A stretch of 63,921 nucleotides of DNA, filler included, from Octopus bimaculoides (GCF_001194135.2; 4 parts of 4 records of this genome joined end to end with filler, not necessarily neighbours in it); one strand, 5' to 3'; positions 13,245-27,769 are shown, numbered from the whole stretch's first letter. Notes: generated by a model not told the origin, from the letters alone. A program made the numbers and translations.

Positions 13245-14167
13245 TACGAGTAGCATTTTAAATTAAACGGAAACGTTTCCTATTGGACGAACAAGTTGTA
13301 GTTTAGGCTTCCGCCGCTAGAAGTCTCTTGATGCAACCCTTAGGCATCAGTCTGCCGACCGGCATCGACGAGTGAGGTCGTACTGGCACGTGCTGTGTTT
13401 CTGTTTTGCAGTGCTTCTCCCCTGTTCTCCCCTGATTTTTGCGATGGCTGAAACGAAAGAACAACGTGCTTCCGTGAAAGTCTGTTTTCTGCTGGGGAAA
13501 ACGGCGTCCGAAACAGTAGTCATGCTTCAAACAGCTTACAAGGACGCAACCATTAGCAAAACACAAGTTTACGAGTGGCTTTCACGCTTTAGGAATGATC
13601 ACTTGTCGCTTGAAGACCAATCGCATTCAGGACCACCGCGGACCCACCTCGAATGAATGAAAACATCATGAAGATTCATGAAATGATCTTGGAGAACCAT
13701 CGCCGAACAATTGGTGAACTTGTTGATATGACTGGTGTGGCCTGGAGCTCCGGCCAACGAATTTGGAGCGAGGAATTGCGAATGAAAAGAGTTGCAGCAA
13801 AACTTGTGCTTCGGTTGCTCATGGAAGATCAAAAGCATTCACGTCTGAAAGCACGTCATGAACTGAAAAACAGTTGGAAGAGGACCTTGCTCACTGCGAT
13901 TTTTTTTATTGTTCTTATGAATGAAAAAGTTCCTTCAAGGAAAGCGCTTTGCAGATATAGAAGAAGTGAAGTTAAAAACGACAGAAGTGTTAAAAAGCAT
14001 CACTTCACAAGAGTTCCAGGACTGCTTCGAACAGTGCAAAACACGTCTGCACCTATGAACTGCTTCAAATGAATAATACTTTGAATGCGATAAAAGTGTA
14101 ACCATGTAAAACTAAGTGAATAACATAATATTGCAAAATTCCGGTTTCTTTTCGCTACCCCTTCATA
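13245..14167 (+). mobile_element. Mariner transposon, internally deleted and frameshifted
   Basis: MAETKEQRASVKVCFLLGKTASETVVMLQTAYKD...VYEWLSRFR...EDQSHSGPP (mariner HTH) followed by MKRVAAKLV. TA-flanked TACGAG-type ends. Confidence 0.9.
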
Positions 14168-14362
14168 TGTTCTCTTCGCTGTCGTTCTTGGAACAAATTT
14201 ACAAAAAAATCAAGAAATACTCGGTTTAACGGGAAAAAAGCAATAACACTGACGCGGTATTATGTATCTCTGTAGTAATAGGTGCATTAAGAGGTTAAAC
14301 CTTAAATGATGATGATATTTTTGTGAGTATATAAGATGCAAGATGACTGCAGGTGAAATTAT

Positions 14363-14494
14363 GACCTAATATAAAGAAGTATCCCATCTGCTGGATTTGG
14401 ACTCTGCAATATGATACTAAATATAGTTTTATATATTTAGTATCATATTGCAGAGTCCAAATCCAGCAGATGGGATACTTCTTTATATTAGGTC
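14363..14494. repeat. Perfect inverted repeat, 63-bp arms, 6-nt loop
   Basis: Arms 14363-14425 and 14432-14494 checked base by base as exact reverse complements. Confidence 0.95.
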
Positions 14495-15384
14495 GTCACC
14501 CTAATGATCTGCCGATTTATTATACCAACCTACCTACCTACCTACCTACCTACATACATACATACATACATACATACATAAAGACGTACATACGAGTATA
14601 TACACATACATAAACACACAGACACACACACTTACATACACATATATATGAATATATACATAGTATAGAGAGGCTCGTGATAGTTGATGTTGGTTAAAAT
14701 TGTGTTTATTGGTAAAATACTAATTTTTTTAATCTGCGCAAGTAATTGGGAAAGAACTTCCGACATCTTGAGCTTGTCTTTTTTGCGTAGGCTTTCTACT
14801 AGTTTGCGTCATTTTTTATATCAGTGAAAGCGTTGCAACATTAATTAATTAATTTACTGATTAATTAACAGAAGCACCACATTGTAATACGATTATTTGA
14901 AAAGTTAAGTAAACTTACGAATATTTGTTTTGATTAAACCACCTTTATCTTTGCTGTGAAAAATGTAGTTTTATCGCAATACTGGCCTTTGTGTCGGTGG
15001 TAATAAAAAAAAGACATCGTTTTGACAAGTTTCAGCTTTTGGCAAAGATTCATCACAGAATCAAATAAGAGGAAACAACTACATTCTGTCTATAGTAGAA
15101 AGGAATCTCTTTGTTATGACAACAACAACAAGAACAACAACAACAACAACAAAACAACAACAACAACAAGAACAATAATAATAATAATAATAATAGCAAC
15201 AACAATAGTAGTAGTAATAATAATGAAAAGAACAACAATAACAACAATAATAATAATAGTAATAATAATATTAATAATAATATTAATAATAATAATGATG
15301 ATGATGATGATGCTGATGATGATAATGCTGATGATGATGATGCTGATGATGATGATGCTGATGATGATAACCCTGAAATAAATG

Positions 15385-15545
15385 AAGAACCTGAAAGATC
15401 TGCCACCAAACTAGCAAAACAGACCAAGCAGTCTGCAAAAAGAGAATCGGCAGAAAGAAATTGCCAAGTTGTGGAACCAGAAGCCCTTGCATGTACAGTA
15501 TATTGTCCATGCTGATGTAGATCAAGAAACAACCCATCAGTCGCT
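15385..15545 (+). mobile_element. R4/Dong-clade LINE fragment
   Basis: KLWNQKPLHVQY...ADVDQETTHQ, homologous to the 16586-16945 fragment. Confidence 0.6.
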
Positions 15546-15735
15546 GAAAGCATGCCGGGCGAAATGCTTTGCGATATTTCGTCTGCCACTACGTTCTGAG
15601 TTCAAATTCCGCCGAGGTCGACTTTGCCTTTCATCCTTTCGGGGTCAATTACATAAGTGCCAGTTACGCACTGCGGTCGATTGACTTAATCCTTTCCCCA
15701 AATTTGAGGCCTTGTGCTTCCAGTAGAAAGAATTA
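15545..15735 (+). mobile_element. SINE family A, 5' truncated
   Basis: Same consensus. Confidence 0.75.
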
Positions 15736-16585
15736 TTATTATTATTATTATTGTTACTATTATTATTATTATTTTATGTTTGACTTTTGTTTTGCATTTG
15801 TACAAGTTGGATCCAAGTCTCACCCAGAGACCTCAAGAGACAACAAGTTAGAAGTTCATGTAGGTGTTATGCCTAGGGTACCATATATTTGGATTTGTAC
15901 ATAGTGTTGTTCTAGAGAATGTTTAAGAAATCATAAGAAAATTATGTGTTTGTTTTAAAATTTGAGATCACATAGACAGTATTTTACGTACGATNNNNNN
16001 NNNNNNNNNNNNNNNNNNNNNNNNNNNNNNNNNNNNNNNNNNNNNNNNNNNNNNNNNNNNNNNNNNNNNNNNNNNNNNNNNNNNNNNNNNNNNNNNNNNN
16101 NNNNNNNNNNNNNNNNNNNNNNNNNNNNNNNNNNNNNNNNNNNNNNNNNNNNNNNNNNNNNNNNNNNNNNNNNNNNNNNNNNNNNNNNNNNNNNNNNNNN
16201 NNNNNNNNNNNNNNNNNNNNNNNNNNNNNNNNNNNNNNNNNNNNNNNNNNNNNNNNNNNNNNNNNNNNNNNNNNNNNNNNNNNNNNNNNNNNNNNNNNNN
16301 NNNNNNNNNNNNNNNNNNNNNNNNNNNNNNNNNNNNNNNNNNNNNNNNNNNNNNNNNNNNNNNNNNNNNNNNNNNNNNNNNNNNNNNNNNNNNNNNNNNN
16401 NNNNNNNNNNNNNNNNNNNNNNNNNNNNNNNNNNNNNNNNNNNNNNNNNNNNNNNNNNNNNNNNNNNNNNNNNNNNNNNNNNNNNNNNNNNNNNNNNNNN
16501 NNNNNNNNNNNNNNNNNNNNNNNNNNNNNNNNNNNNNNNNNNNNNNNNNNNNNNNNNNNNNNNNNNNNNNNNNNNNNNNNNNNNN

Positions 16586-16945
16586 TATATTGTGCAGCTC
16601 TATCATGCCTGTTGAGATACTCTGTAGGCGCAAGCAGACTGCACATGGAGACAACATGATCGATGATCTCATTTTGTTGTTGGCATATACGACATAATGG
16701 GGAGCTGCCGCTCTTTAATATGTTGGCCTGGTAGTTCTTTATAGGTAGGCATTGATCTTGGGCTGCTATGATAAACCCCTGTTTCTGATTTCAAGCCAGA
16801 GGCCATTAGCCATTGATTGGTAAGGGCTTTGTCAATATCTACATTATTCGCTCTCTTTGGGTATTTGCCATTGAGAGGTTTTCCATGCCATTTTTCAGTC
16901 ATAATATCTAAGGCAGCAATTTTAGTACGGGTTTTCAAGCGCTTA
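16586..16945 (-). mobile_element. R4/Dong-clade LINE C-terminal fragment
   Basis: KWHGKPLNGKY...QWLMASGLKSET, then AAQDQCLPTR, a CxxC motif and HVVSMCSLLAPTEYLNRHDRAAQY (CCHC knuckle before the RLE domain). Frameshifted. Confidence 0.85.
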
Positions 16946-16983
16946 GCTTTTTCTACGGGTGTTTCTAGTTCGTCTTATTATCA

Positions 16984-17038
<55 letters not shown>

Positions 17039-17068
17039 CATTATTATTATTATTATTATTATTAAAAA

Positions 17069-17495
17069 GTGGCGAACTGGTAGGATCGTTAGCACACCGG
17101 GTAAAATGCATAGTGGCATTTCGTCCATCTTTACTTCTGAGTTCAAATTTCGCCGAGGTTGACTTTACCTTTCATCGTTTCGGGAACGATGAATTAAGTA
17201 CTAGTTGCGTACTGCGGTTCATCTAATCGACTGGATCCCTCCCCTAAAATTTCAGGCCTTGTTCCTATATTAAAAAGTGTTATTATTATTATTATCATTA
17301 ATCCGGTGAGCTGGCAGAATCATCAACCTGTCAGACAAAATACATAGTAGCATCGCATTCGGGTCTTTATTTTATTAGTTCAAATACGCAACGAGGTCAC
17401 TTTTGCCTTTATTTCAGAGTCGATAAAATAACTTACCACTCAGCTATTGTAATCATCTATCCTTCCCTCAAAACGTCTGGCTTTGCGCCAGAATT
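17069..17495 (+). mobile_element. SINE family A, two tandem copies (17069-17280, 17302-17495)
   Basis: Same consensus, separated by (TAT)n. Confidence 0.75.
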
Positions 17496-17842
17496 GTTAT
17501 AGTTATTGTTTTTGCTGTTATTGTTTTCTATGCTTCTGTGTCTTACACTGTCTATCAATAAAATTTTCTCAGTATATTAATATATATTTAAATTTTCTTT
17601 ATTCAAATATATAAAAAGAGCGAACAGTTTAGTTGTTGTGCATATCAATCAATTATTTCTTATAATTTTGCCTGGCAAGATCGTAATATCATGAACAAAT
17701 ATATATTGTGTATTTTGTTACTTTGGAATTTTTAAGTTGTCTTTGAGGATTTCAAACCAAATTGCAGTGAGTCTTTCATCTTTATGGTAGAGAGAATCAA
17801 AGTATCAGTCAAATATTCTTGCTAATATATTCGACAGTTTTA

Positions 17843-18120
17843 AGGCAGCGAGCTGACCGAATCGTGAACACGTCGGTGAAAATACTTAGCAACATCTCGT
17901 TCGTCTGCACATTCTGTGTTCAAATTCTGCAGTGATCGACTTTGCCTTTCATCGTACCGAGGTCGGTAAAAGGAGTACGTTATAAAAACAAATACCTTTG
18001 GGTTTTAACTGTGCCTTGCATCCGTTTGAGGTCCACGAAATAAAGCACTAGTCAAGTGGTGGGGTCTATGTTATTTTAATTTTCCCCTCAAGATTGCTGG
18101 CCTTGTTCAAGAGTAAAGTG
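17843..18120 (+). mobile_element. SINE family A, fragmented
   Basis: Same consensus. Confidence 0.65.
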
Positions 18121-21099
18121 AACTATGATCAATATGTTGGATTGTTAGAATTGGTAAACGAATAATCAGAATGAATTTGATTTCATTATATTATTTCCTT
18201 GTAAGAACATTAAAAAGAATAATTATATTTATTCAATTCAAAGCCGGGTAGATTTTTAATTACAGTAGAATTTCATTGCAGACACACTTGTCAATTAATA
18301 TATCCCTTTGATTTGTTACGGTCAATAATTTTAGATTTGCTTTCTTGCCAAACTAAGCTGGTTTGACATACACCGTCTGACCATGTAGGAAGAATTGGGC
18401 TCTGGTCATTTCTCTGCTCTAGTGCTTTGGTGTATGCCAACGCAAAGGCATGACTTGATAGGAAATTTCTTTTAAATGAATGTGCAAGTGTCTACTTGAG
18501 ATCAATAGCTACATAAGACACTTTATCATCAATCACAGATTTAAGTAAGCCTAAGATGATATAATGCATACTATTGGAATGGTCATTTATGGGTTCCATT
18601 TTCCTCAGAAGCAAGACGCAACTTCCCTTTCATTTGAGAACCCATGGTTTAAACCCTGGTGGAGCGAATTTGTAGGTGAAGTCGACTGTAGATGAAACTC
18701 TTTATCGACCACTCTTTTATACTCTTTTATTGCCACAGAATCGCATGAGTAAAAATTCATGGCCATTCATGAGACGAATATGCATGCTTCATTCAGAGGC
18801 GAGCTGTTTGTTGTTTCAGCTATGTTTTCAGCAAGGCAATTGTGCTTCCCGAAGCTAAAACAATAATCTACCACTCATGTGCGTATCATGAAGCGGTTTG
18901 ACACCAACTCGTCCGTAGGGTTTAATCTCAGTGCACGGAAGCTTCAGTAAGTTTTTTCCACATAACAGCGGTTTAACCAAAGACTTGAATGAAATTAGGC
19001 ATACAAAAACTATGAATTGAGAAAAAAAATCAGTTATATATAAAAGGCAACTCTACTGTCTGTCTTCTACCTTATTTATACAATTTTCACTCACACGCCC
19101 CCCCCCCCCACAGTGTATATGATGTGAAACATGACATCAAATATATGGTTTCAAAACCTGACTCATTAGGTTTCGTTAAAATGACAATGAGTTGTTTTGA
19201 TGTTTCATAATTGGTGAGGAATATTAAACAATCTCCGCAGAGGTAATAAAACTTATTTTTGTGTAATAAATAAAATAAATTTTCTTTTTCTTTATGCAAA
19301 CTTACATACAGTGCCAAAAATTACACATCAATCCAGAGTTAACATTGACTTCTAGCTATAATTTCTTTAAAATTATTTACATTCTGTTCATATAGTCATT
19401 GTCTTAATTATTTCTGCTGAGGAAATCTAAGATATACCTTGAAAGACAGTTAGTGCGCATGCTTGTTCGTGTGCGTGTGTGTGTGTGTGTGTGAGTACAT
19501 GTGTGCGTGTGTATGTGCACGCACGCATGTATTTAGAGAGATGAACACATATATGTACATGCGTATATGTATATTTACATATGCACATATATGTATGTAT
19601 AATGTATACAAACACACACACACACACGCACTCACACATGCACATACATGCATAAATACACACAAATATATCTATACAAATATATGCATATATATGTGTG
19701 TGTTTCTGAGTGTGTGAGTGCGTGTGTGTTATCAGAATTTCTTCTTTGAGACAAAATTTCTTTAATATATATTCCAGAAAAAAAAAATCAATAATGTCAC
19801 ATTCAGATTCATTGCAAAAATTACGTATAGAAATCAGACACTAATCACACAAATCGCTAGAATAGCGAAGTTAGAGTTCAATTAATGTGAAACAACAAAT
19901 TTTATAAATTATAATTACTCTCTTATTAAGGACACCAAGTTGTATTTTGATAATTATTGACACCCAAGGAAAGCAGATGAGGCAGCCCACAAAAGGGATA
20001 TGAAATTAATTGAAAATAGAATGCAATGGAGTGCAAATTTGACTTTTGGCACTGTGGCAGCAAGTCTGGCTATAATACGGTTTTCTTCGGCGCCCTCATC
20101 GAAACAGTTTTAACTGCTACTGTCCGACCTTCACTGACTTAAAAGACGGATATGAAGTATGTGAATAAGCTGTGAGCGATGTGATACGTTAAAAGAATAT
20201 CATGTAGAAATACCTAGGGACACCCACTCCATGGAAAGCAAACAGGAAAATATTAGTGAACATAACAATTTAAATAATTAGTATAATACTCGTGATAGGT
20301 ATTGAAGTCAGTCTTAATGACAGAATTTGTTCTCCAGTCGCCACAGCTGGTTACACATGTAGATTCCTCAGTTAATCAAGCTGATTGCTAGATTAATTGA
20401 AAGATCTACATATTTGTTTAAATACATTGATATATGTTCGGTTTCCTTTATCTCGATACCAACACTACCGTCGTATTTTCAATGGGTATTAAACTCATCA
20501 TATTGCAATGATTTACACATAAAGAACACGCTGATTAGCTGAAGCATTTGAATCTAATCTCTGGAAAACTATACTTAAATCGCAAAGGACGTCTGACTTG
20601 TCTATTCCCATGCAAATATATACCATAAAATAATACAGTATACTGTTGTAAATATATTATATTGCAGTCTTTAGTTTAACTTATATGTAAAGTTTGGAAA
20701 ATGTTGCTTCTATGGTGACTGCCTTCGCATTTGTACGACATTTACTCTGCATGAAAACGATGAAATCATGTGCTACTTCTTGGTACCACTGGCTTTAAGG
20801 TTATAATCATGCTTGCTATTAGCCTTGGGTAGTTAATAGCTACAATCGAGCCTGTTTGCCCTTACGTGACGTCTTAGAAATAGCTCGTAAAGGACACTGT
20901 AGATCTAGAAATACCAAATACAGAATAATTGCACCTGATTCACTCTTAACGTAGGTATAATATATTTAGGTTAGTTTGGGACAGTTATAAATATGTAGAT
21001 GTCGTTTTAAAATCATTTTTTATTCAACCTTCCCTCCAGTTGTTAACATATAACGTGAGGTATATAAATGAATATAGATATGACAGACTTCAGCAACAA

Positions 21100-21590
21100 T
21101 GCTTCATGTTTTGTCAGTCCTCACTACATCGTTACACTACTTGTCGTCATGTATCATACTCCTGAAGCGCATTGAGGGTACTACAACTAAAATCTTTCCG
21201 ATTAGGCGCGGATTCAGTAGGTGTCTTGTCACTCTTGTCCAACCAGCTCTTCATATTGTCCATCCATTGTACGCCAGTCTGCTTCTTGATCTATTGCCCT
21301 CTACTCATGCATTCATGATAATATTTTACAGATCTCTACTTTTTCGAATCTGGCCATAATAAATGTGCTTTTGTTTTCACTTCATTGTTCATGATTTTAT
21401 ATTCTGAGTCGGAACCCAACGTTTATGCTTTCCTCCAATTTTTTCGGCAAGATCCATTGTAACCACTGATATCCATGGTTACTTTTCGATTCTCTGTCAT
21501 ATTGGTAGGAGTATTTCGGCAGACTCAAACGTTCCATTTTTTATAAATTGCTACATATCCTGTGGGTTCTTCCCTTCTTGCATCTTGAGT
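21100..21590 (-). mobile_element. RTE-clade LINE 3' fragment
   Basis: Frameshifted GxRSR.R...QWMDNMKSW C-terminal motif on the minus strand. Confidence 0.6.
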
Positions 21591-21592
21591 AC

Positions 21593-21631
<39 letters not shown>

Positions 21632-23362
21632 TCCTGTAAATCCCTGCCCCCTCACTTCAAAAATAATATCTGCAGGGTGGAAGATTTTTTATTGGACTTA
21701 CTGTCGTTATTGATGTAGCTTAGCCATCTGTCAACCCTAATAGATTTTTTAATATGAAATAAGACATTGAAGACAATGACATCGAGTCTTTTTACATGTA
21801 CTATTTTATTACTGCATTATCTAAATTCTTCAACTTTTAGAAAAGTAAGACATGAATTGAACGCCATTTAGCTGAAATAATTCTAGATATAATTCTAGGA
21901 GTTCGGGTTATTGAGTTGATGCTCTGTCCGTCATTCGGAGGTACATTCTAAAAACGATGGGTGGGCTTTGTTGTCCCAATTTCAAATATAAATATATGTA
22001 ATGTACCTACATAAATGGGCTCTACTAGGCTGATTTTCTTTAAGTAAATGAGCTGAAAAGTTACCTGCTTGTGGTTACAAAAAGAGTAATGGATAGGATA
22101 GTAAATAACCATACACTTAAACATCTTTCACGATAATTACACTTCATCGTGGCTGACACCGTGCTAAGCAACACCAACAATACATTATAGTACACGCGGC
22201 ATTCGGTTATTCTGTTGCACCCATGCAACGGTGCTTGAACGCACGAATAATGTCACTGGTGTATCTGTATAGTTCTGTTTACCATTTCTGTTTCTTGAAA
22301 ATAACTGGTTTTACACGGAGATGCTTGTTTGCAAGTAATGGTTTATAACAAACAATATAACGATCTTGTTTTTTCTACTGCGCTTTCAATATTTTCTTGA
22401 AAGATCAATCATTCAGACATTGCAAATTCTGAATTCTGTAATAAAAAACACACTCACAGCCCCCCCACCCCCCAAAAAATAAACAAAAACGAACAAACAA
22501 AAAACCCAGAACAAAACAAAACAAAAAAACACCTCATGGGAATCGAAATCTTAGCATTAAATAAAAAAAAGAATATTCTGTAATATTCTGAAATCGAAAT
22601 GACGTGAATGTAAGAAATTTGAATTAAAAATTGGCAAATTTTAAATTATTCACACCTATTGTGACAGAAAAGCTGATGAATATACAAATATCATTAAAAA
22701 TTTACAGAAAAAATATATAGTTTGTTGTCAGAAGCACTCCCGACATAATAAGCAATTTTTGTCAATCGTTTTTCCTTTCATTGTGTAAGCAATTATTATT
22801 ATAATCTGCAAAGTAAGTGTTATACTGATTCCTAGTATTTCACTGTCAAGACTGCACCTTTCTCAAATCTCTGAACTGTCAGACAACACGAAGGTTCACG
22901 TATGATTGTCAGGGTCAAGTCATAGAAAATGCACTTTGCCTGACGTAAGATGTTGCAGTCACTGAAGAAATTAGTGTTTACAAACTGCAGACAATATTAT
23001 TACGTAACTCAGTTGGATACATGTAGCTTGAAATCAAGTGTGGAAGGAAGTGGACGTGGAGTTGGGGTGAGAGGTGAAACAGTCTCCGAACTGCAGAGTG
23101 TCTGTTGATATTACAAGAGAAGAGTCGTCAATAAACCATAGCAAATCGGTTATGGTCACACACACACACACACACACACGCACTGGAATGCATGTACGCA
23201 TATACACCCATAGACACATGCATAATCATAGATATACGAACCCATTCATTCAGAGATAGATGTTCAGAAACTCATATGTATCTATCCATCTCTCTCTCTC
23301 TTCCTTTCTCTATCTGTCTGTCTGTCTGACTCTCTGTCTGTCTGTCTGCCTGTCTGTCTGTA

Positions 23363-23399
<37 letters not shown>

Positions 23400-23452
23400 G
23401 TGAGTCTGTCTACCTGTCTGTCTGTCTGCCTGTCTATATGTGAGTCTGTCTG

Positions 23453-23483
<31 letters not shown>

Positions 23484-23499
23484 GATCACTCTCTCTCAA

Positions 23500-23532
<33 letters not shown>

Positions 23533-23842
23533 ATGTGTGTATGTATGGATGGATGAATGCATATGTGTATGTGTATACGTGCCTTTGTGTTTGTGGTTGT
23601 GTGTCTGTGTTTATGTATATGCCTGTGCAAGTGAAAGCATTAATGTCCATGTGTGTTCAATTATATTAACATATTGACACATGCTGTATAGTATTATCGC
23701 AAATACAATTGTGAATATTGACAGTCAGTCACATAAATATCATTATAGCAATCTGTACACCTTATAGTTCATTGTTTCATTCAATATACTATACCAACAG
23801 TCTCAAAGCCAAGCAAAGATAATCGTAGTACGTATACACATA

Positions 23843-24156
23843 TACGAGGGGGTGCTGGAAGGTTCATGGCATTAGGAGTGATACGAAAGTAAATTACGTC
23901 ATGGTGCTCCTTTTTCTCACAGACGGTGCCCAACTGACCCTACTATACTGTGTAGTCGACAAAATCAAATTCAAAACAATGTGTTGTAGTCTCAACCTTC
24001 CGAGTTCTTTTACAGAGCTTCGAAAATCCAGAAGGACCGCTACAGTAAGTGTGTGAATCTGAGAGGAGGAATATGTTGAACAAAATCATAATCAACTGAT
24101 CCTCCTGTATATTCTTTTAGCCAAAACCAGGGACCTTTCACCCCCGCCACCTCGTA
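23843..24156. mobile_element. Mariner-type MITE
   Basis: Ends TACGAGGGGGTGCTGGAAG and CTTTCACCCCCGCCACCTCGTA. No coding capacity. Confidence 0.65.
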
Positions 24157-25666
24157 CAACGCCTGAACACAGAAACATACATATATTCACTGCATATGTA
24201 TGAGTGTGTATGCGTCCGCGCGTGTATGCGCATGTGTGTGTGTATAACTACCTGCATCTGTGTGCGGCTATATCTCTAAGTGTGAAATAAATTGCTCAAG
24301 GAATGAAAATAGTGTGATGGACAAAATGTCTTTGAAAATGTTGATAAGCACTGTATTCCCCCTGTTATAACAGAGAACATTAGATATGTGAAATTTCAGC
24401 TTTTTAACTATGTAATTTTACATGTTCTTATATTTCATATCAAAGTTTACTGATTGCCGCTCCAGGTTCTTCTAGTTGTGAATGAGTCTGTGTGTCTTCC
24501 TTGTTCATTCCAGCGTGATACTATCAAAAGTCTTCCAGCAACATTTCTTTATGCAATACACTCCATCATTTGCTTCTTATTCAGTAATAATTTTGATAGT
24601 ATGACGTGATTACAGCCGGGAGCAATAATATTAGACATTTAGAACAATTGTATTAAATAGGATAACCATGATACGTTGTACTTATAACCAAAATCCTCTT
24701 AGCAATCACACTACCAATCTCTGCACAGGTTTGCTATCTGCAAACTATGAACGAAACGAAATCGTCATTTATTTTAATTCACAAGCCAACCACGGTTTCT
24801 GATCTTAGTAATGCAGTCTCTTCTCAGCCTGTGACTCAAAGCTGTACTCTCATTGAGGGCTGATCTCGAGTACTTGGAAATATTCTGCATTGAATTTCAT
24901 AGTATATTCTTCACGCTTACTGTACACAACACGAAGGTCTTTGTATTATTTTTTATTTTAAAATAATTCCATAATTATATGACAATCATACTAATTAGAA
25001 GAAACAGTAGTCACAATTCAATATTCTAACGTATGGCGCATGTTTCTTATAAGTATGCTTCAAGCTTCCACCAAACCATATGTCAGTCCTTGGATCCTGA
25101 TTATCTCCAAGATATTCTTAAACTTATTACCAGCTAATTTGTCAATCTAAGAGAAGGACAAACACTCCTATATTTTATCAACTTTGCTAATATTAGCACC
25201 ATGGTACATATACGCCAATGGGTAACTCACAGAGAATTCCAGCATATATATGGTCGTCTAACATGCTTATCAATTTGGTCAGACCTGTAGTGTGAGTTTC
25301 ATGAAAAAAGCTGTTTCTGTTCGTATGTCACAGAAAGAGCTCTGCGGTCACCAAGTATATCTACAAACTATTGTAGTTATTAATCCGAAATGTTTGTGAC
25401 GCATTTTACTGATTCTTTCCCACGTGTCGCATAAACTAGAACATAAAATATTTATCACTATAGAGATAAATAGGTTTAGAAATGTAAAGATGGTTTTATT
25501 TTTTGCACTTTGTCTTTGTTAATGGATTTCTTTCTATGCAGTAACGTGCTTCTACATATTTGCAACAATCCGTTAAAGGTTCATTTCTTACTGGCAATAA
25601 ACGAATCAATGTTTCTATCTTTTGATGCACTCATTAATCCATCTTGCTTCTTCAAGATGCGCACAA

Positions 25667-25728
<62 letters not shown>

Positions 25729-25971
25729 TCTTTTATTTGTTTCAATCATTTAACTGCAGCCATGCTGGAGCAACGCCTTCAGATTTTTTATGTGGATTAA
25801 GTCAATACCAGGACTTATTTTTAAAGCTCAGTACCTATTCTATCGGTCTCTTTTGCCAAATTACTAAGTTGTGGAGGCGTGAACACACCAGCACCGGTTG
25901 TCAAGTGGTGAAGGGTGAACAAACACAGACACAGACACGTAGATACGCACACACACATTAACATATATATA

Positions 25972-26128
25972 TACGACGGGCTTCTTTCAGCTTCCGTCTA
26001 CCAAGTCCAATCATAACATTTGGTCGATCCAAGCCTATAGTAGAAGACACTTGCCCAATACGCCACACGGTGGAATTGAACCCGAAAGTATGTAGTTACG
26101 AAGCATGGTTCTTACCACATAGCCATGC
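25972..26128 (-). mobile_element. SINE family B (AGGCGCAGGAGTGGCTGTGTGGTAAG head)
   Basis: tRNA-like head, CCTTGGGCAAGTGTCTTCT core, GAAAGAAGCCCGTCGTATA end. The associated 3' module lies at 25745-25915. Confidence 0.75.
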
Positions 26129-26160
<32 letters not shown>

Positions 26161-26964
26161 NNNNNNNNNNNNNNNNNNNNNNNNNNNNNNNNNNNNNNNN
26201 NNNNNNNNNNNNNNNNNNNNNNNNNNNNNNNNNNNNNNNNNNNNNNNNNNNNNNNNNNNNNNNNNNNNNNNNNNNNNNNNNNNNNNNNNNNNNNNNNNNN
26301 NNNNNNNNNNNNNNNNNNNNNNNNNNNNNNNNNNNNNNNNNNNNNNNNNNNNNNNNNNNNNNNNNNNNNNNNNNNNNNNNNNNNNNNNNNNNNNNNNNNN
26401 NNNNNNNNNNNNNNNNNNNNNNNNNNNNNNNNNNNNNNNNNNNNNNNNNNNNNNNNNNNNNNNNNNNNNNNNNNNNNNNNNNNNNNNNNNNNNNNNNNNN
26501 NNNNNNNNNNNNNNNNNNNNNNNNNNNNNNNNNNNNNNNNNNNNNNNNNNNNNNNNNNNNNNNNNNNNNNNNNNNNNNNNNNNNNNNNNNNNNNNNNNNN
26601 NNNNNNNNNNNNNNNNNNNNNNNNNNNNNNNNNNNNNNNNNNNNNNNNNNNNNNNNNNNNNNNNNNNNNNNNNNNNNNNNNNNNNNNNNNNNNNNNNNNN
26701 NNNNNNNNNNNNNNNNNNNNNNNNNNNNNNNNNNNNNNNNNNNNNNNNNNNNNNNNNNNNNNNNNNNNNNNNNNNNNNNNNNNNNNNNNNNNNNNNNNNN
26801 NNNNNNNNNNNNNNNNNNNNNNNNNNNNNNNNNNNNNNNNNNNNNNNNNNNNNNNNNNNNNNNNNNNNNNNNNNNNNNNNNNNNNNNNNNNNNNNNNNNN
26901 NNNNNNNNNNNNNNNNNNNNNNNNNNNNNNNATATATGTATGTATGTATTATTATTATTATTAA

Positions 26965-27185
26965 GTGCGCGTGCAGGAAGAATCTCTAGCCCGCCGGCTA
27001 AATGTTTAGTGACATTTCGTCCGTCTGTACGTTCTGAGTTCAAGTTACATCGAGGTGAACTTTGCTACTCATCCTTTCGGGTTCGATAAATTTAGTACCA
27101 GTAAAGCACTGGTGATCGATGTAATCCACTAGTCCCCTCCCGCAAAATTTCAGGCCTTGTGCTTTTAGTAGAAAGGATTATCATT
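26965..27185 (+). mobile_element. SINE family A
   Basis: Same consensus. Confidence 0.75.
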
Positions 27186-27329
27186 ATTATTATTAGGTAT
27201 AACAGGTTGATTCGACTACATGGGAACTTCTAGGAGAAACTTTATGTCTGATGGAACCGAATTAAAATGTTTTAAATAATGATGCATCCTACTAAAGTTG
27301 TTGAGTGCCTTTTTCCTTGAGACATGAAG

Positions 27330-27715
27330 TTCTTCATCACTCATTCCAGAGGGCATTCACTAAATGAATTAAGGGTATGTGCGATCTCCATTATTGGGAG
27401 CGCGTTAAAGCATTGAAACTTTATTCTCCCCCGCGACGGCGTGAGCGATACATCGTATGCACGATGGGCAAAAGATATACCACTAGCATTGCTCAAATGA
27501 CCTCAACGTTAGTTTCAAAATTCATCCACGGCTAGGACGGCTAGGACCCAATTCAGGATCACAATACATAAATACACTGTAACACAATTTCTTTTCCTCA
27601 TCAGACTCTACCCGATTTAACATAATCCAAGACAGATGAAAGAGGAAAAGAATTCCGTGACCTTTAAACGGAATCTGGACAAATTTCTTCAAGGGATACT
27701 AGATTAGCGATATTT
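27330..27715 (+). mobile_element. CR1/L2-group LINE 3' fragment
   Basis: WERVKALKLYS.RRRRERY...FNIIxRQMKEEKNSVTFKRNLDKFLQGILD. Confidence 0.7.
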
Positions 27716-27769
27716 AGCTGGATACAACACACTGAACACGAACTCTCAACTCGAATGGGCCATAATACC

